Source: an uncultured Chloroflexia bacterium (GTDB lineage Bacteria; Chloroflexota; Limnocylindria; QHBO01). From it: a stretch of 64,000 nucleotides of DNA. Positions within the stretch are counted from its first letter, which is position 1, and every line of letters starts with the position of its first letter. Position numbers and translations under genes: made by a program. The notes beneath the pieces are model-generated. The model was not told the origin of the DNA, ran no database searches, and saw only the letters and a list, made by a program, of their open reading frames with translations. Of this stretch, positions 38,515 through 48,475 are shown one piece after another. The stretch lies in assembly GCA_963789435.1 (NCBI GenBank), contig CAWBKO010000009.1, positions 3,277 to 67,276 on the forward strand, given 5' to 3'.

Positions 38515-38521
38515 CAGCCCG

Positions 38522-38527
38522 ATTCTA
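38522..38527 (-). promoter_or_regulatory. -10 box TAGAAT, 7 nt upstream of the pcrA ATG, inside a 15-mer shared with ligA.
   Basis: The minus strand reads CGCCCCTAGAATCGG-GCTG-ATG (plus-strand 15-mer at 38519-38533). Confidence 0.45.
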
Positions 38528-38571
38528 GGGGCGCCACCCCCGCTACGCAGGCCGCCGGCCCTGGCCGGCGT

Positions 38572-38685
38572 CTAGCGGTCGCGTCGGCGCACGCGGATCG
38601 GCTGCGGTGCGAGGCGGTCTCGTTCGAGCATCAGCCCGACCACGAGCACGATCAGCACGGCTATGACTTCCATGCGGGGTCTCAT
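38572..38685 (-). CDS. Small single-TM protein (37 aa), below the ORF-track cut-off.
   Basis: MRPRMEVIAVLIVLVVGLMLERDRLAPQPIRVRRRDR. Its ATG overlaps the YciI-like gene stop (ATGA at 38682-38685). Confidence 0.4.
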   Translation of the reverse strand: MRPRMEVIAVLIVLVVGLMLERDRLAPQPIRVRRRDR

Positions 38686-39071
38686 GCAGGAGGCGTGCCA
38701 CTCGGGGGTCGGTCGTAGACGGGCTCGATCTGGACCGTCGCATGCTTCTGCGTCGACAGCGACGGCCACTCCGACGCGATGGCGACCGCCTCGTCCATGT
38801 TCGCCGCCTCGAGGATCACAAAGCCGCCCAGCAGCTCCTTCGTCTCGACATACGGCCCATCGGTCACCGCGATCCCGTCGCCCTGGCGCCCCGGTCGCAG
38901 CGTCTTGACGGTGCGGGGGTAGTCGAGCTCCTCCCCGCCCACCACGTGATCGCTCCACTTCCGGAACCAGTCACGATGGCGCTCGACGTCGGCGGTCTGC
39001 TCCTCCCGGGTCGATGCCTCCCACGTGGCAACGTCCTCGGGGTCGACGTAGGTGAACATCACGTAGCGCAT
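38682..39071 (-). CDS. YCII-related (DGPF) domain protein.
   Basis: MRYVMFTY...VTDGPYVETKELLGGFVILEAANMDEAV. GGAGAG RBS. 129 aa. Confidence 0.8.
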   Translation of the reverse strand: MRYVMFTYVDPEDVATWEASTREEQTADVERHRDWFRKWSDHVVGGEELDYPRTVKTLRPGRQGDGIAVTDGPYVETKELLGGFVILEAANMDEAVAIASEWPSLSTQKHATVQIEPVYDRPPSGTPPA

Positions 39072-39221
39072 GGTCGCTCTCCTGCTTCCGGCACACGGAC
39101 GGTGCCGCTCGAACCCTACGACGAACCGTCGCGCCGGAGGCTCGACAAAAGCGTCAGATGAACGAGCAGGAAGTCAGAGGACGATGACTGAATTGGGTCT
39201 GTCGCTTCGCCGAGGCGATCG

Positions 39222-39434
39222 TCATCCTCTATCCCGATCATCATCGTGTCGCCCGCCCGTGAGCGACAGGACCTGCAGGGTCAGGACGAACAAGAGGCCG
39301 ATCATCGCCAGGATGGCCACGTCGCGCAGTTGCGTCTCCAATGGGTACTCCCACGGGCACAACTGAACGGTTTCTCTTGCGGGGCACGCGAAGTAGCGGA
39401 CCGCAACTCTATCCCCGTTGTCAAGACGCACCAC
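39222..39434 (-). CDS. Hypothetical small membrane-anchored protein.
   Basis: 70-aa ORF with a GTG start. Cys pair in CPARETVQLCPW. One TM helix (VAILAMIGLLFVLTLQVLSL). Confidence 0.35.
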   Translation of the reverse strand: MVRLDNGDRVAVRYFACPARETVQLCPWEYPLETQLRDVAILAMIGLLFVLTLQVLSLTGGRHDDDRDRG

Positions 39435-39468
39435 CCCCAGCTTGGCCCACGACGGGCTTCGTCGGGGC

Positions 39469-39702
39469 TTACCGGGTTACGGAGATGCGGGAGTGAATCT
39501 CCACGGCACGGAGGAGCTCGTAGGTTGCGCCGTCGCCGTGCGCTCGTGCGAGAGCATGGACGAGGTCATGCCATGCGCCCTCCTCGGGCTCCTGGAGGTA
39601 TCGCTGCGCGCGGGTCTGGATCGCGGCCAGCGTCTCGACGAGGAGGGCAGCCCGCGCACCCGTCAGCTCATCAACCGATTCGACGTCATGCGGTTCAAGC
39701 AT
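39469..39702 (-). CDS. Hypothetical small helical protein (77 aa).
   Basis: ATG 39702 with GAAGGG upstream, and a TTGACA -35-like hexamer about 45 nt upstream. TAA stop. No family recognised. Confidence 0.4.
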   Translation of the reverse strand: MLEPHDVESVDELTGARAALLVETLAAIQTRAQRYLQEPEEGAWHDLVHALARAHGDGATYELLRAVEIHSRISVTR

Positions 39703-39874
39703 CGTTCCAACCCTTCGGGCCGCGAGTGTGGATAACCCGGTGCGGGTTGTCAACACCCTGTGTTCGGCGTAGCGTAGGAAACGGCCGGGCTCGCCTCTTC
39801 TCCCCCAGGAGGCGATCCTGGCCTCTTCCTTCCCCCGATGCCTGATGTGAGCGGGCGAACAGGCTGCCCCGCTC

Positions 39875-40150
39875 CTATCGACCTCCGAAACGGGGACGCA
39901 GGATCTTGATGATTGCGATCGCCGTGTCGAGCGAAGGCGAGCGGCCCTGGGCCAGCCTCGAGATCGTGGAGTGATCAATACCGGTGCGCATGGCCAGGGT
40001 CCGCTGGCTGATGCCCCGTTCCGCCATGGTGTCCCGCAGCCAGCCACCAAAGTCCCCATCGGTAATCCGGCTCGGAAGAACGAGATCGTCCACGATTGTT
40101 TCCCACCATGTCGTCTGGGCGGTTGCGTCTGCCGTGTCGCACGGGAACAT
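39875..40150 (-). CDS. XRE-family helix-turn-helix transcriptional regulator.
   Basis: FGGWLRDTMAERGISQRTLAMRTGIDHSTISRLAQGRSPSLDTAIAIIKIL. GC3 is visibly lower than in neighbours. The start could also be TTG 40234. Confidence 0.65.
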   Translation of the reverse strand: MFPCDTADATAQTTWWETIVDDLVLPSRITDGDFGGWLRDTMAERGISQRTLAMRTGIDHSTISRLAQGRSPSLDTAIAIIKILRPRFGGR

Positions 40151-40300
40151 ACGCGGACGAGGCACAGTCCTGCCGGTGGCTCTGGGCGGCGGAACGGCGA
40201 CGGTGGGCACTGTCGCGATTCGTGGCTGCTTCAAGGGCCGTCGGCTTCGTCCTTAGCCAAACCTAACAGCCGCACCTTGCAGGCAACCTTACGCAGCAGA

Positions 40301-40335
40301 AGAGGCGGGCACCCACGGATGGGTAGCCCGCCTCT
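40301..40335 (-). terminator. Stem-loop downstream of groEL (putative intrinsic terminator, no clear U-tract).
   Basis: AGAGGCGGGC (40301-40310) pairs perfectly with GCCCGCCTCT (40326-40335). The loop contains a further ACCCA/TGGGT pairing. It lies 60 nt after the groEL stop. Confidence 0.5.
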
Positions 40336-40395
40336 CGGCTGGTTTCGCGCTCGATCCGGACGGTGACAACGTACCGCCGGACGCTGATGGACCCT

Positions 40396-42021
<1,626 letters not shown>

Positions 42022-42086
42022 GGTTCTCGTATTCCTCCTAGTGCTTGATGCGCCGCGCGCCGGCGGCGAGATGTGTGTGCGCGTCG

Positions 42087-42401
42087 CTACTCGACGATCG
42101 CCAGGATGTCGCCGTGCTTCAGGATCAGGAGCTCGTCGTCGTCGAGCTTGAACTCGGTGCCGGCGTACTTCTGAAAGAGGACCTTCTGGCCGACCGCGAC
42201 CTCGATCTCCTCACGTGATCCGTTGTCGAGCGTGCGACCCGGGCCGACGGCCAGGATCGAGCCCTCCTGCGGGCGCTCCTTTGCCGTGTCCGGCAGGACG
42301 ATGCCGCTCTTGGTCATCTCCTCGCGGGGGGTCGGCTTGACGATCACGTTGCTGCCAAGCGGCTTCAAATTGGTCGCCGTGCTGCTGACCGTGCTGGTCA
42401 T
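42087..42401 (-). CDS. groES: Co-chaperonin GroES (10 kDa).
   Basis: [12 protein letters not shown]...[26 protein letters not shown]...[21 protein letters not shown]. 104 aa. Confidence 0.93.
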   Translation of the reverse strand: MTSTVSSTATNLKPLGSNVIVKPTPREEMTKSGIVLPDTAKERPQEGSILAVGPGRTLDNGSREEIEVAVGQKVLFQKYAGTEFKLDDDELLILKHGDILAIVE

Positions 42402-42496
42402 ATGTGCGTAGTGCCTCCTTGCGTGCGCAACCGGTGCATGTGCTGCGATTGAGGTGCCTCCGCGGGAGCGCCAGCGCGGCCGATTCGACCGTGGAA

Positions 42497-42523
42497 CTGG
42501 CACTCAACCGACGAGAGTGCTAA
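42497..42523 (-). promoter_or_regulatory. CIRCE operator (HrcA binding site) in the groES leader.
   Basis: The minus strand reads TTAGCACTC-tcgtcggtt-GAGTGCCAG, against the consensus TTAGCACTC-N9-GAGTGCTAA. It lies about 96 nt upstream of the groES ATG. Confidence 0.8.
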
Positions 42524-42528
42524 GGGGC

Positions 42529-42558
42529 AAGTTAGCATCCGCGCAAGGGGAATGTCAA
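42529..42558 (-). promoter_or_regulatory. Putative sigma-A-type groESL promoter.
   Basis: The minus strand has TTGACA (42553-42558), an 18-nt spacer and TAACTT (42529-42534). CIRCE begins 5 nt downstream. Confidence 0.5.
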
Positions 42559-42626
42559 GGTCGCCGGACGTGACGATGCCCCGGCGTCAGGCCGGGGCAT
42601 CGTCGGAAAGAACGTCGCGCGAGGAA

Positions 42627-42851
42627 TCAGGCGCGATGCGTCACCATGAGGGCGCTCGGCACCGGCGCCTCGCCGCCATCGTCGGTGTTGTCGGTGCCGC
42701 CGTTGTTGGCCGGCGGCGCAAGGACGAGCACGTAGACGAGCACCGCGATCACGATGATCGCGATGATGATCCCCAGAATGAAACCGGCTCCGCTGCTCCC
42801 CGCCGGCTCGCCACCCCCGTCGCCCGGTGTGTTGACGTTGACCTGGCCCAT
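42627..42851 (-). CDS. Small single-TM membrane protein.
   Basis: MGQVNVNTPGDGGGEPAGSSGAGFILGIIIAIIVIAVLVYVLVLAPP... Strong AAGGAGGAGG RBS before ATG 42851. Confidence 0.55.
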   Translation of the reverse strand: MGQVNVNTPGDGGGEPAGSSGAGFILGIIIAIIVIAVLVYVLVLAPPANNGGTDNTDDGGEAPVPSALMVTHRA

Positions 42852-42957
42852 CGCTGGGTCCTCCTCCTTCGTGTGGCGCGGTGGCATGTACCACCGCGAC
42901 CCGATGTCTGAGCAACCGGCGTGCCAACCCTATGCCGTCGCCCTAACAAGGCATCGA

Positions 42958-43762
42958 TCAGTGGGCGATCAGGCGCTCGTACGCTCGTCGCGCGTCATCG
43001 GCCACCGCCTGCGGCTCCATGCCCCGAAGGCGCGCGAGCTGGGCCGCGACGCGGAGCGCGGTGGTCGGCTCGTTGCGGCCGTCGCGGTTCGGCCCGAGGT
43101 AGGGCGAATCGGTCTCCACGAGGTAGCTCTCGGCCGGGATTGCGGCCGCAGCGCCTCGCGGCCCGACGGCGCTCTTGAAGCTGACCGGCAGGGCGAAGCT
43201 GACGAGGAACCCGCGTCCCGGTGAGGTCCGCCGCCATGGCCGCGTCGCCGGAGAAGGCATGCAGCACTCCCCGAGCATCGCCCGAAGCGCGCCCCGGCCA
43301 GCGGCTCAGGGCGGTCGTCACCTCCTCGTGGGCGTCGCGATCGTGAACGAGCACGGGGAGGCCGCGCTCGGCGGCGATCCCCAGCTGTCGCTCGAAGGCG
43401 GCGCGCTGCACCTCCGGCGGCGACAGGTTCCGGAAGAAGTCAAGGCCGATCTCCCCCACCGCCACGCATCGCGGGTCGCGGATCAGCGCCTCGAGCTCAC
43501 GCCACGTGTCCTCGTCGGCCGCGGCGGCGTGGTGGGGATGCAGCCCGACGGCAGCCTGCACGAGCGGCGCATGGCGCTCGGCCAACTCGAGCGCGGCCTC
43601 CGACGAGGGCAGGTCCCAGCCGGGCACCAGGATCCGTTCGATGCCGGCCGCCACCGCCCGCTCGAGCACGGCATCGCGGTCCGCGTCAAAGCGCTCGTGC
43701 TGGAGATGGCAGTGCGAGTCGATGAGCCCCGACAGCCGCGTGGGGCGATCGCGTCCGCTCAG
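42958..43762 (-). CDS. tatD: TatD-family metal-dependent hydrolase/DNase; one apparent frameshift near 43215; start uncertain.
   Basis: LIDSHCHLQHERF, VAVGEIGLDF and LPVLVHDRDA in one frame. YLVETDSPYLGP and the C-terminus are in the next. There is no canonical start near the metG stop. The GTG at 43840 would overlap metG by 82 nt. Confidence 0.8.
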
Positions 43763-45321
43763 ACCGCCGCCTCCGCCTCGATGCGCGGGAAGATGGGCAC
43801 GGCCGCTCCGGTCAATGTGGCGCCGCCCGCCCCGCCCCACTCCAGCAGGCCCTCCAGGCCGGGGCCGCCCGCGCCGCGGTCGTCATAGGGCGGTGGGACG
43901 CCGAGCTGGTCGTGGATCGCACGCGCTCCGGTGGGTGCCACGGGAGCGAGCAGGTGACCCAGGATGCGGCAGACCTCGCCCATGACCGCCAGCACCTGGC
44001 CGACGCGCTCGGTCTCCCCCGCCTTGTTCAGGCTCCACGGCGCCTGGCCCTCCGCGTAGCCGTTGGCCGCGCCGGCGAGGGCCATGATGGCCGCCAGCGC
44101 CTCGTCGAGGTGGTACCGGGACATGGCGGCGTGGTAGGTCTCGACGGTGCGCGCGGCGGTCGCGCGAATCTCGTCGTCGGCCGGCTGGGCCGCATCGGTC
44201 ACCGGCGGAAGCCTGCCGTCGAGGTAGCGCTTGCTCATGCTGACGGTGCGGTTGACGAGGTTGCCGAGGTCGTTGGCGAGATCCGCGTTGTAGCGCCGCA
44301 CAAGTCCGTCCCAGGTGACGTCGGCGTCGCGATCGAACGGCACCTCGCGCAGGACCACGTAACGAACGCCGTCGATGCCGAAGGTGTCGGCCGCCTGGTC
44401 GGGATCCTCGGTGTTTCCGGTCGTCTTGCTCATGCGCTGGCCGCGGTCGAGCATGAAGCCATGGGCGAAGACCTGCTTCGGCAGCGGCAGTCCGGCGCTC
44501 ATCAGCATCGCCGGCCAGTAGAGGCAGTGGAAGCGGGTGATGTTCTTGCCGATGACGTGCAGGTCGGCGGGCCACCACTTCTCGAACGATGCGGGGTCAT
44601 CGGGGAAGCCGGCCCCGGTCAGGTAGTTGGTCAGGGCGTCGAACCAGACGTAGATGCGGTGCTTCTCGTCGCCGGGGAAGGGGATGCCCCAGGTCGTCCC
44701 CGATCGGCTGATGCTGAAGTCCCGGAGGCCCTCGCGGAGCCAGCCGAGCACCTCGTTGCGGAAGTGCTCCGGCTCGCAGAAGGACGGGTTCTCGGCATAC
44801 AGCCGCTCCAGCCGCTCCTGGTAGGCGGAGAGGCGGAAGAAGTAGTTGTTCTCCTCGAGCCACTGCGGCTCGAGCGTCGGGTGGTCGGGGCAGCGGCCGT
44901 TGACCAGCTGCTGATCGGTCTTGAACTCGTTGCAGCCGGTGCAGTACCAGCCGGAGTAGACGCCCTCGTACACGTCGCCGGCCGCCTGGGCGCGGCGCAC
45001 CATCTCGACCGATGCGGCCGCGTGGTCCGGATCGGTGGTGCGGATGAACCGATCGAAGCTGATGCCGAACCGCTCGAAGGTCGCCTTCCAGGTGGCCGCC
45101 CACGGATCGATCAGCTCGTGGGCGTCGACCCCCCGCTCGCGCGCGTCCCGCTCCACGTTGGCGGAATGCTCGTCCAGTCCGGTCAGGAAGCGCGTCTCGC
45201 GGCCGAGCAGCCGCTGGTAGCGGGCGACGGCGTCGGCCCCGATCGCCTCGAACATCGAGTGCAGCGCGGGGCGCTCGCTCGGGTAGAAGATCGCCGTGGT
45301 CAGGTAGAAGCGGTCGCTCAT
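43759..45321 (-). CDS. metG: Methionine--tRNA ligase.
   Basis: FYLTTAIFYPSERPALHSM..., Zn knuckle WYCTGCNEF...GRCPDH, YVWFDAL and the KMSKS-like motif RMSKTTGN. Intact at 520 aa. Confidence 0.92.
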   Translation of the reverse strand: MSDRFYLTTAIFYPSERPALHSMFEAIGADAVARYQRLLGRETRFLTGLDEHSANVERDARERGVDAHELIDPWAATWKATFERFGISFDRFIRTTDPDHAAASVEMVRRAQAAGDVYEGVYSGWYCTGCNEFKTDQQLVNGRCPDHPTLEPQWLEENNYFFRLSAYQERLERLYAENPSFCEPEHFRNEVLGWLREGLRDFSISRSGTTWGIPFPGDEKHRIYVWFDALTNYLTGAGFPDDPASFEKWWPADLHVIGKNITRFHCLYWPAMLMSAGLPLPKQVFAHGFMLDRGQRMSKTTGNTEDPDQAADTFGIDGVRYVVLREVPFDRDADVTWDGLVRRYNADLANDLGNLVNRTVSMSKRYLDGRLPPVTDAAQPADDEIRATAARTVETYHAAMSRYHLDEALAAIMALAGAANGYAEGQAPWSLNKAGETERVGQVLAVMGEVCRILGHLLAPVAPTGARAIHDQLGVPPPYDDRGAGGPGLEGLLEWGGAGGATLTGAAVPIFPRIEAEAAV

Positions 45322-45331
45322 CGTGTCGTGC

Positions 45332-46079
45332 TCAGTGCTCGCGGCCCTTCGGCCAGTACAGCTCCTTGCGCACCTGCTCGGGCTCGAAGCCACGCTCGGT
45401 GGCGATCGCCTCAACCGCGCTGACCATCTCGGGATTGCCGCACAGGTACATCGTCGTGTTCTCGGCGGTGAGCCCGTGCTCATCGAGCTGGTCGGCCAGG
45501 ATGGCCTCGACGCGACCGGTGCAGCCCGTCCAGTCCGGTGAGCCTCCGGGCCGCGAGACCGTGCCCACGTAGCGCAGCGGGAAGCCGCCGCCGTTCGCCA
45601 GCTCGGTCAGCTGGGTGCGCCAGGCGAGGTCGTAGTCGTAGCTCACGCCGTGGAGCAGGACGACGTCCCGTGTCTGCCCGCGCCCCCGCAGCGTCTCGAT
45701 CATGCTGATGAACGGCGCCAGGCCGGTGCCGGACGCGACGAACAGGCAGGTCCGGCCGTCCTCCTGAAGCAGGAACTTGCCCTTGGCGCCCTTGATGTTG
45801 ATGGCGTCGCCGACCGTCCGCTCCCACAGCAGCGGGGTCAGGCCGCCACCCTCGACGAGACGGATGAAGAACTCGTACTCGGACAGGTCATCGGCCGAGG
45901 AGGAGATGCTCATCGGCCGCTGGATCAGCTTGTCGGGTCCCATGAGACCCAGCGTCGCGTACTGGCCGGGCGCGAATGGAAACGGACTCTTCGAGGGCCT
46001 GCACGCCGACGATCGCCAGGCCGGGAGCGATCTCTTCCCAGCGGCTCAGGCGCCCGTTGTAGGGATACTCCGCGGTCAT
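45332..46079 (-). CDS. Ferredoxin-NADP reductase-like FAD/NAD(P)-binding oxidoreductase; one apparent frameshift near 45983.
   Basis: FAPGQYATLGL, RPMSISS (FAD) and LFVASGTGLAPFISM (NAD(P)). The N-terminal MTAEYPYNGRLSRWEEIAPGLAIVGVQ is in another frame. Confidence 0.8.
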
Positions 46080-46149
46080 CCATCCCTCGATTGCACGCGC
46101 CAGCACCATGAGTGGCTGTCGCGGGCGGCCAGTATAGACGCGGCTCGGC

Positions 46150-46155
46150 TACCAT
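46150..46155 (+). promoter_or_regulatory. -10 box TACCAT, 7 nt upstream of ATG 46163 (leaderless-type).
   Basis: TACCATCGGATCG-ATG, with no SD. Confidence 0.4.
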
Positions 46156-46162
46156 CGGATCG

Positions 46163-46519
46163 ATGGTCACGGTCGGCTCGATCGTTCTCCGTGTCGAGGA
46201 TCTGCAGCGCCAGGCAGAGTTCTGGGCGGCGGCTCTCGACTACGTGCCTCGTGAGGAGAACGACGACGATTTCGTGCTCATGCGCCCGCGGGACGGCATC
46301 GGGCCAAACCTGTCGCTCGACCTGCATCGGTCGGAGCTGACGGTGCCTCCGCGCATCCACCTCGACCTGTACACCGATGATCAGGCCGGTGAGGTCAGCC
46401 GCCTGCTCGCGCTGGGCGCCACCGAGGTGCGCTGGGACAAGCGACCGCCGGACGCCGACTACGTGATCCTCGCCGATCCCGAGGGCAACCGATTCTGCGT
46501 GGTCGACATCACGACGTAG
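46163..46519 (+). CDS. VOC/glyoxalase-family protein.
   Basis: GSIVLRVEDLQRQAEFWAAALDY...HLDLYTDDQAGEVSRLLALGA...ILADPEGNRFCVV. 118 aa. Confidence 0.75.
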   Translation: MVTVGSIVLRVEDLQRQAEFWAAALDYVPREENDDDFVLMRPRDGIGPNLSLDLHRSELTVPPRIHLDLYTDDQAGEVSRLLALGATEVRWDKRPPDADYVILADPEGNRFCVVDITT

Positions 46520-47171
46520 CCATCGGGCGCGCGAACCAGAGCAGGTAATCGCCGTCGAGGCCGCGTGGCGGCTCGTCCCACAGCAGTGTCGTCACGCCCA
46601 ATAGCGGGATGTGCTGGTCGATGGCGGTGGCCATGTCGCTTGCCAGCGGCGTCACGCTGCCGTCGATGGCGATGACGTTGCCGACATTGACCACCAGCTG
46701 GCCACCCGGCCGAAGCAGCGTGGCCACCTGGCCGAAGACCGAGCCGATCTCGCCCAGGTAGACGGCGTAGTCGCCGTCATCGCTCGCATAGCCGGTGAGC
46801 GGGTTCTGCGGATGATCCGCTGCCGGCATGTATGGGGGCGAGGTCAGCACGAGATCCACCGGCTGGTCCACCAGCCGCGACAGCTCCCGGGCATCTCCCA
46901 GGATCAGCTGCGCGGCGGCGCCAGCTCGGCGTCGAGCGATCTCGAGGTGCTCCGGAAGGAGCTCGATGCCGATGGCCCGCCGTCCCATTCGTTCGGCGAC
47001 CGCCACGGTCGTGCCGTATCCGGCGAACGGATCGAGGACGAGGTCTCCCGGCTGGCTCGCGTAACCGATCACGGACGCTGCCAGTGCCTCGGTGAAGTGG
47101 ATGTCGTCGGCCGTGCCCTCGGGTCGCTCGGCGACGAGGTCCGCGGCACGCAGGACAAGAGGCCCGGTCAC
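46509..47171 (-). CDS. SAM-dependent N4/N6-type (PF01555-like) methyltransferase with permuted motif order; no adjacent restriction gene.
   Basis: Motif I block HFTEALAASVIGYASQPGDLVLDPFAGYGTTVAVAERMGRRAIGIE precedes motif IV block VDLVLTSPPY...YLGEIGSVFGQVATLLRPGGQLVVNVGN. GTG start 8 nt after the ArsR-like gene stop. Confidence 0.7.
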   Translation of the reverse strand: MTGPLVLRAADLVAERPEGTADDIHFTEALAASVIGYASQPGDLVLDPFAGYGTTVAVAERMGRRAIGIELLPEHLEIARRRAGAAAQLILGDARELSRLVDQPVDLVLTSPPYMPAADHPQNPLTGYASDDGDYAVYLGEIGSVFGQVATLLRPGGQLVVNVGNVIAIDGSVTPLASDMATAIDQHIPLLGVTTLLWDEPPRGLDGDYLLWFARPMATS

Positions 47172-47179
47172 CCTGACCG

Positions 47180-47752
47180 TTACCGCTCAGGCTCGGGCAG
47201 GACCGGGTAATCGGGGATCGGATAGATGCCGACCACGAACCCATAGGCGGTGGTTCCCGATCGTGGAATGCGGTCGAACTCCTGGACCAGCGCCATGGCC
47301 GCATCCCAGAACTCGGCGGCTCGCTCGGGCGGAATCCGGGCGTGGCGGATGTACGACCACAGCCGTTGAGCCTGATACGCCTGCTGGGACTCCTGTACTG
47401 CCGTCTCGAGGTCATTCAGGTCCAACGGCATGCCCTCGTCGCGAGGGCCCGCGCCAACCCCGACATAGAACATGCGCGCCGTACGCCCGAAATACCGCTC
47501 CTCGATGGCTCGGACCCGGCGGGTGCGTACCACGCGAACCAGGCCGGCATCGCGAAGGACGTTCACGTGATGTGCGACCGTGCTCTTCGGCCGACCGACG
47601 GCCGATGCAATCTCGCTCACGCTGGCCGCCCGCTCATGCAGCAGACCCAGGATGGTTGTCCGAAATCGGCTCCCGATCGCCCGGACCTGCACGGAGGACG
47701 TAAGCGCCATCGTGTCATCGAGGTCGTAATCGGGCACTGACTTGCTTGCCAT
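47180..47752 (-). CDS. ArsR-like winged-helix transcriptional regulator with a C-terminal extension.
   Basis: RTTILGLLHERAASVSEIASAVGRPKSTVAHHVNVLRDAGLV. The ORF track starts at TTG 47758. ATG 47752 lies 8 nt downstream of the TAGTCT -10-like box (47761-47766). Confidence 0.75.
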   Translation of the reverse strand: MASKSVPDYDLDDTMALTSSVQVRAIGSRFRTTILGLLHERAASVSEIASAVGRPKSTVAHHVNVLRDAGLVRVVRTRRVRAIEERYFGRTARMFYVGVGAGPRDEGMPLDLNDLETAVQESQQAYQAQRLWSYIRHARIPPERAAEFWDAAMALVQEFDRIPRSGTTAYGFVVGIYPIPDYPVLPEPER

Positions 47753-47775
47753 GGCCAATCAGACTAACATCTCCG

Positions 47776-47799
47776 ATTGATCCAGAAAACTGGATCGAT
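47776..47799. promoter_or_regulatory. Palindromic operator candidate in the AT-rich divergent ArsR-like/dienelactone-hydrolase intergenic region.
   Basis: GATCCAG-AAAA-CTGGATC is perfect (47779-47796). It extends to ATTGATCCAGAAAACTGGATCGAT with one mismatch. Confidence 0.55.
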
Positions 47800-47818
47800 A
47801 GTTAAATCCAGAAGGGAG

Positions 47819-48442
47819 ATGGAGAGATTGACCGAGATCGTGTTGTTCCACCACGTTCAGGGTCTCACCCCGGGGATCGATGCCTTCGCCGATGAGCTGC
47901 GTGCTGCCGGTCACACCGTGCACACGCCCGACCTATTCGACGGCCGCACCTTCCCCACCCTCGATGAGGGCATGGCCCACGCCAAGACGGTGGGATTCGA
48001 CGCCATCCTCGACCGCGGGGTCAGCGAAGCGGAGGCATTCGGGGCCGACGTCGTCTATGCCGGCTTTTCGATGGGTGTCATGCCCGCCCAGAAGCTCGCG
48101 CAGACCCGGGCGGGTGCTCGCGGGGCGCTGTTGATCGACGCCTGTCTCCCGGTGACCGAATTCGGTGACCGTTGGCCGGCGGGCGTCCCGGTCCAGGTGC
48201 ACGGCATGGATGCGGACCCGGAGTTCACCGGAGGGGGTGATCGTGATGCGGCCCAGGCCCTGGTCGACTCCACGGAACAGGCAGAGCTGTTCCTCTATCC
48301 CGGCGACGTCCATCTGTTCGCGGACTCGTCACTGCCCTCCTACGACCGGCAGGCGACGGAGCTCATGACCGGTCGCATCCTCGACTTCCTGTCCGCCCTG
48401 GAGAAGCGACCTGTCCTTCAGCGGGAGCCCGCACGTGGGTAG
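47819..48442 (+). CDS. Dienelactone hydrolase family protein.
   Basis: IVLFHHVQGLTPGIDAFADELRAAGHTVHTPDLFDGRTF... GAAGGGAG RBS. 207 aa. Confidence 0.75.
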   Translation: MERLTEIVLFHHVQGLTPGIDAFADELRAAGHTVHTPDLFDGRTFPTLDEGMAHAKTVGFDAILDRGVSEAEAFGADVVYAGFSMGVMPAQKLAQTRAGARGALLIDACLPVTEFGDRWPAGVPVQVHGMDADPEFTGGGDRDAAQALVDSTEQAELFLYPGDVHLFADSSLPSYDRQATELMTGRILDFLSALEKRPVLQREPARG

Positions 48443-48475
48443 CCGTCCTGGTGACATCCGGGCCTCGTGGCTTGG

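Noticed and set aside
36583-38718. Very long plus-strand ORF (711 aa) antisense to pcrA. Similar long antisense ORFs are 33249-35039 (opposite ligA), 40363-42048 (opposite groEL), 14329-16353 (opposite GGDEF-EAL), 54327-56435 (opposite the opp genes), 60832-62697 and 62613-63887 (opposite gcvPB/PA), and 5775-7049 (opposite the kinase).
   Set aside because: Each lies opposite a gene with unmistakable conserved motifs. Their translations are Arg/Gly/Asp/Ala-rich low-complexity strings. Stop-free antisense frames are an expected by-product of about 70% GC with strong GC3 bias.
39469-40150. XRE regulator plus downstream small ORF as a toxin-antitoxin pair.
   Set aside because: The genes are separated by about 170 nt containing a small hairpin and a separate promoter-like TTGACA. 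The small protein has no recognisable toxin motif. TA pairs are normally overlapping or tightly adjacent.
42532-42558. Possible second, degenerate CIRCE element (TTAGCATCC-N9-GAATGTCAA on the plus strand).
   Set aside because: There are 4-5 mismatches to the consensus. On the coding (minus) strand, the same bases are better explained as the -35 TTGACA and -10 TAACTT of the groESL promoter.
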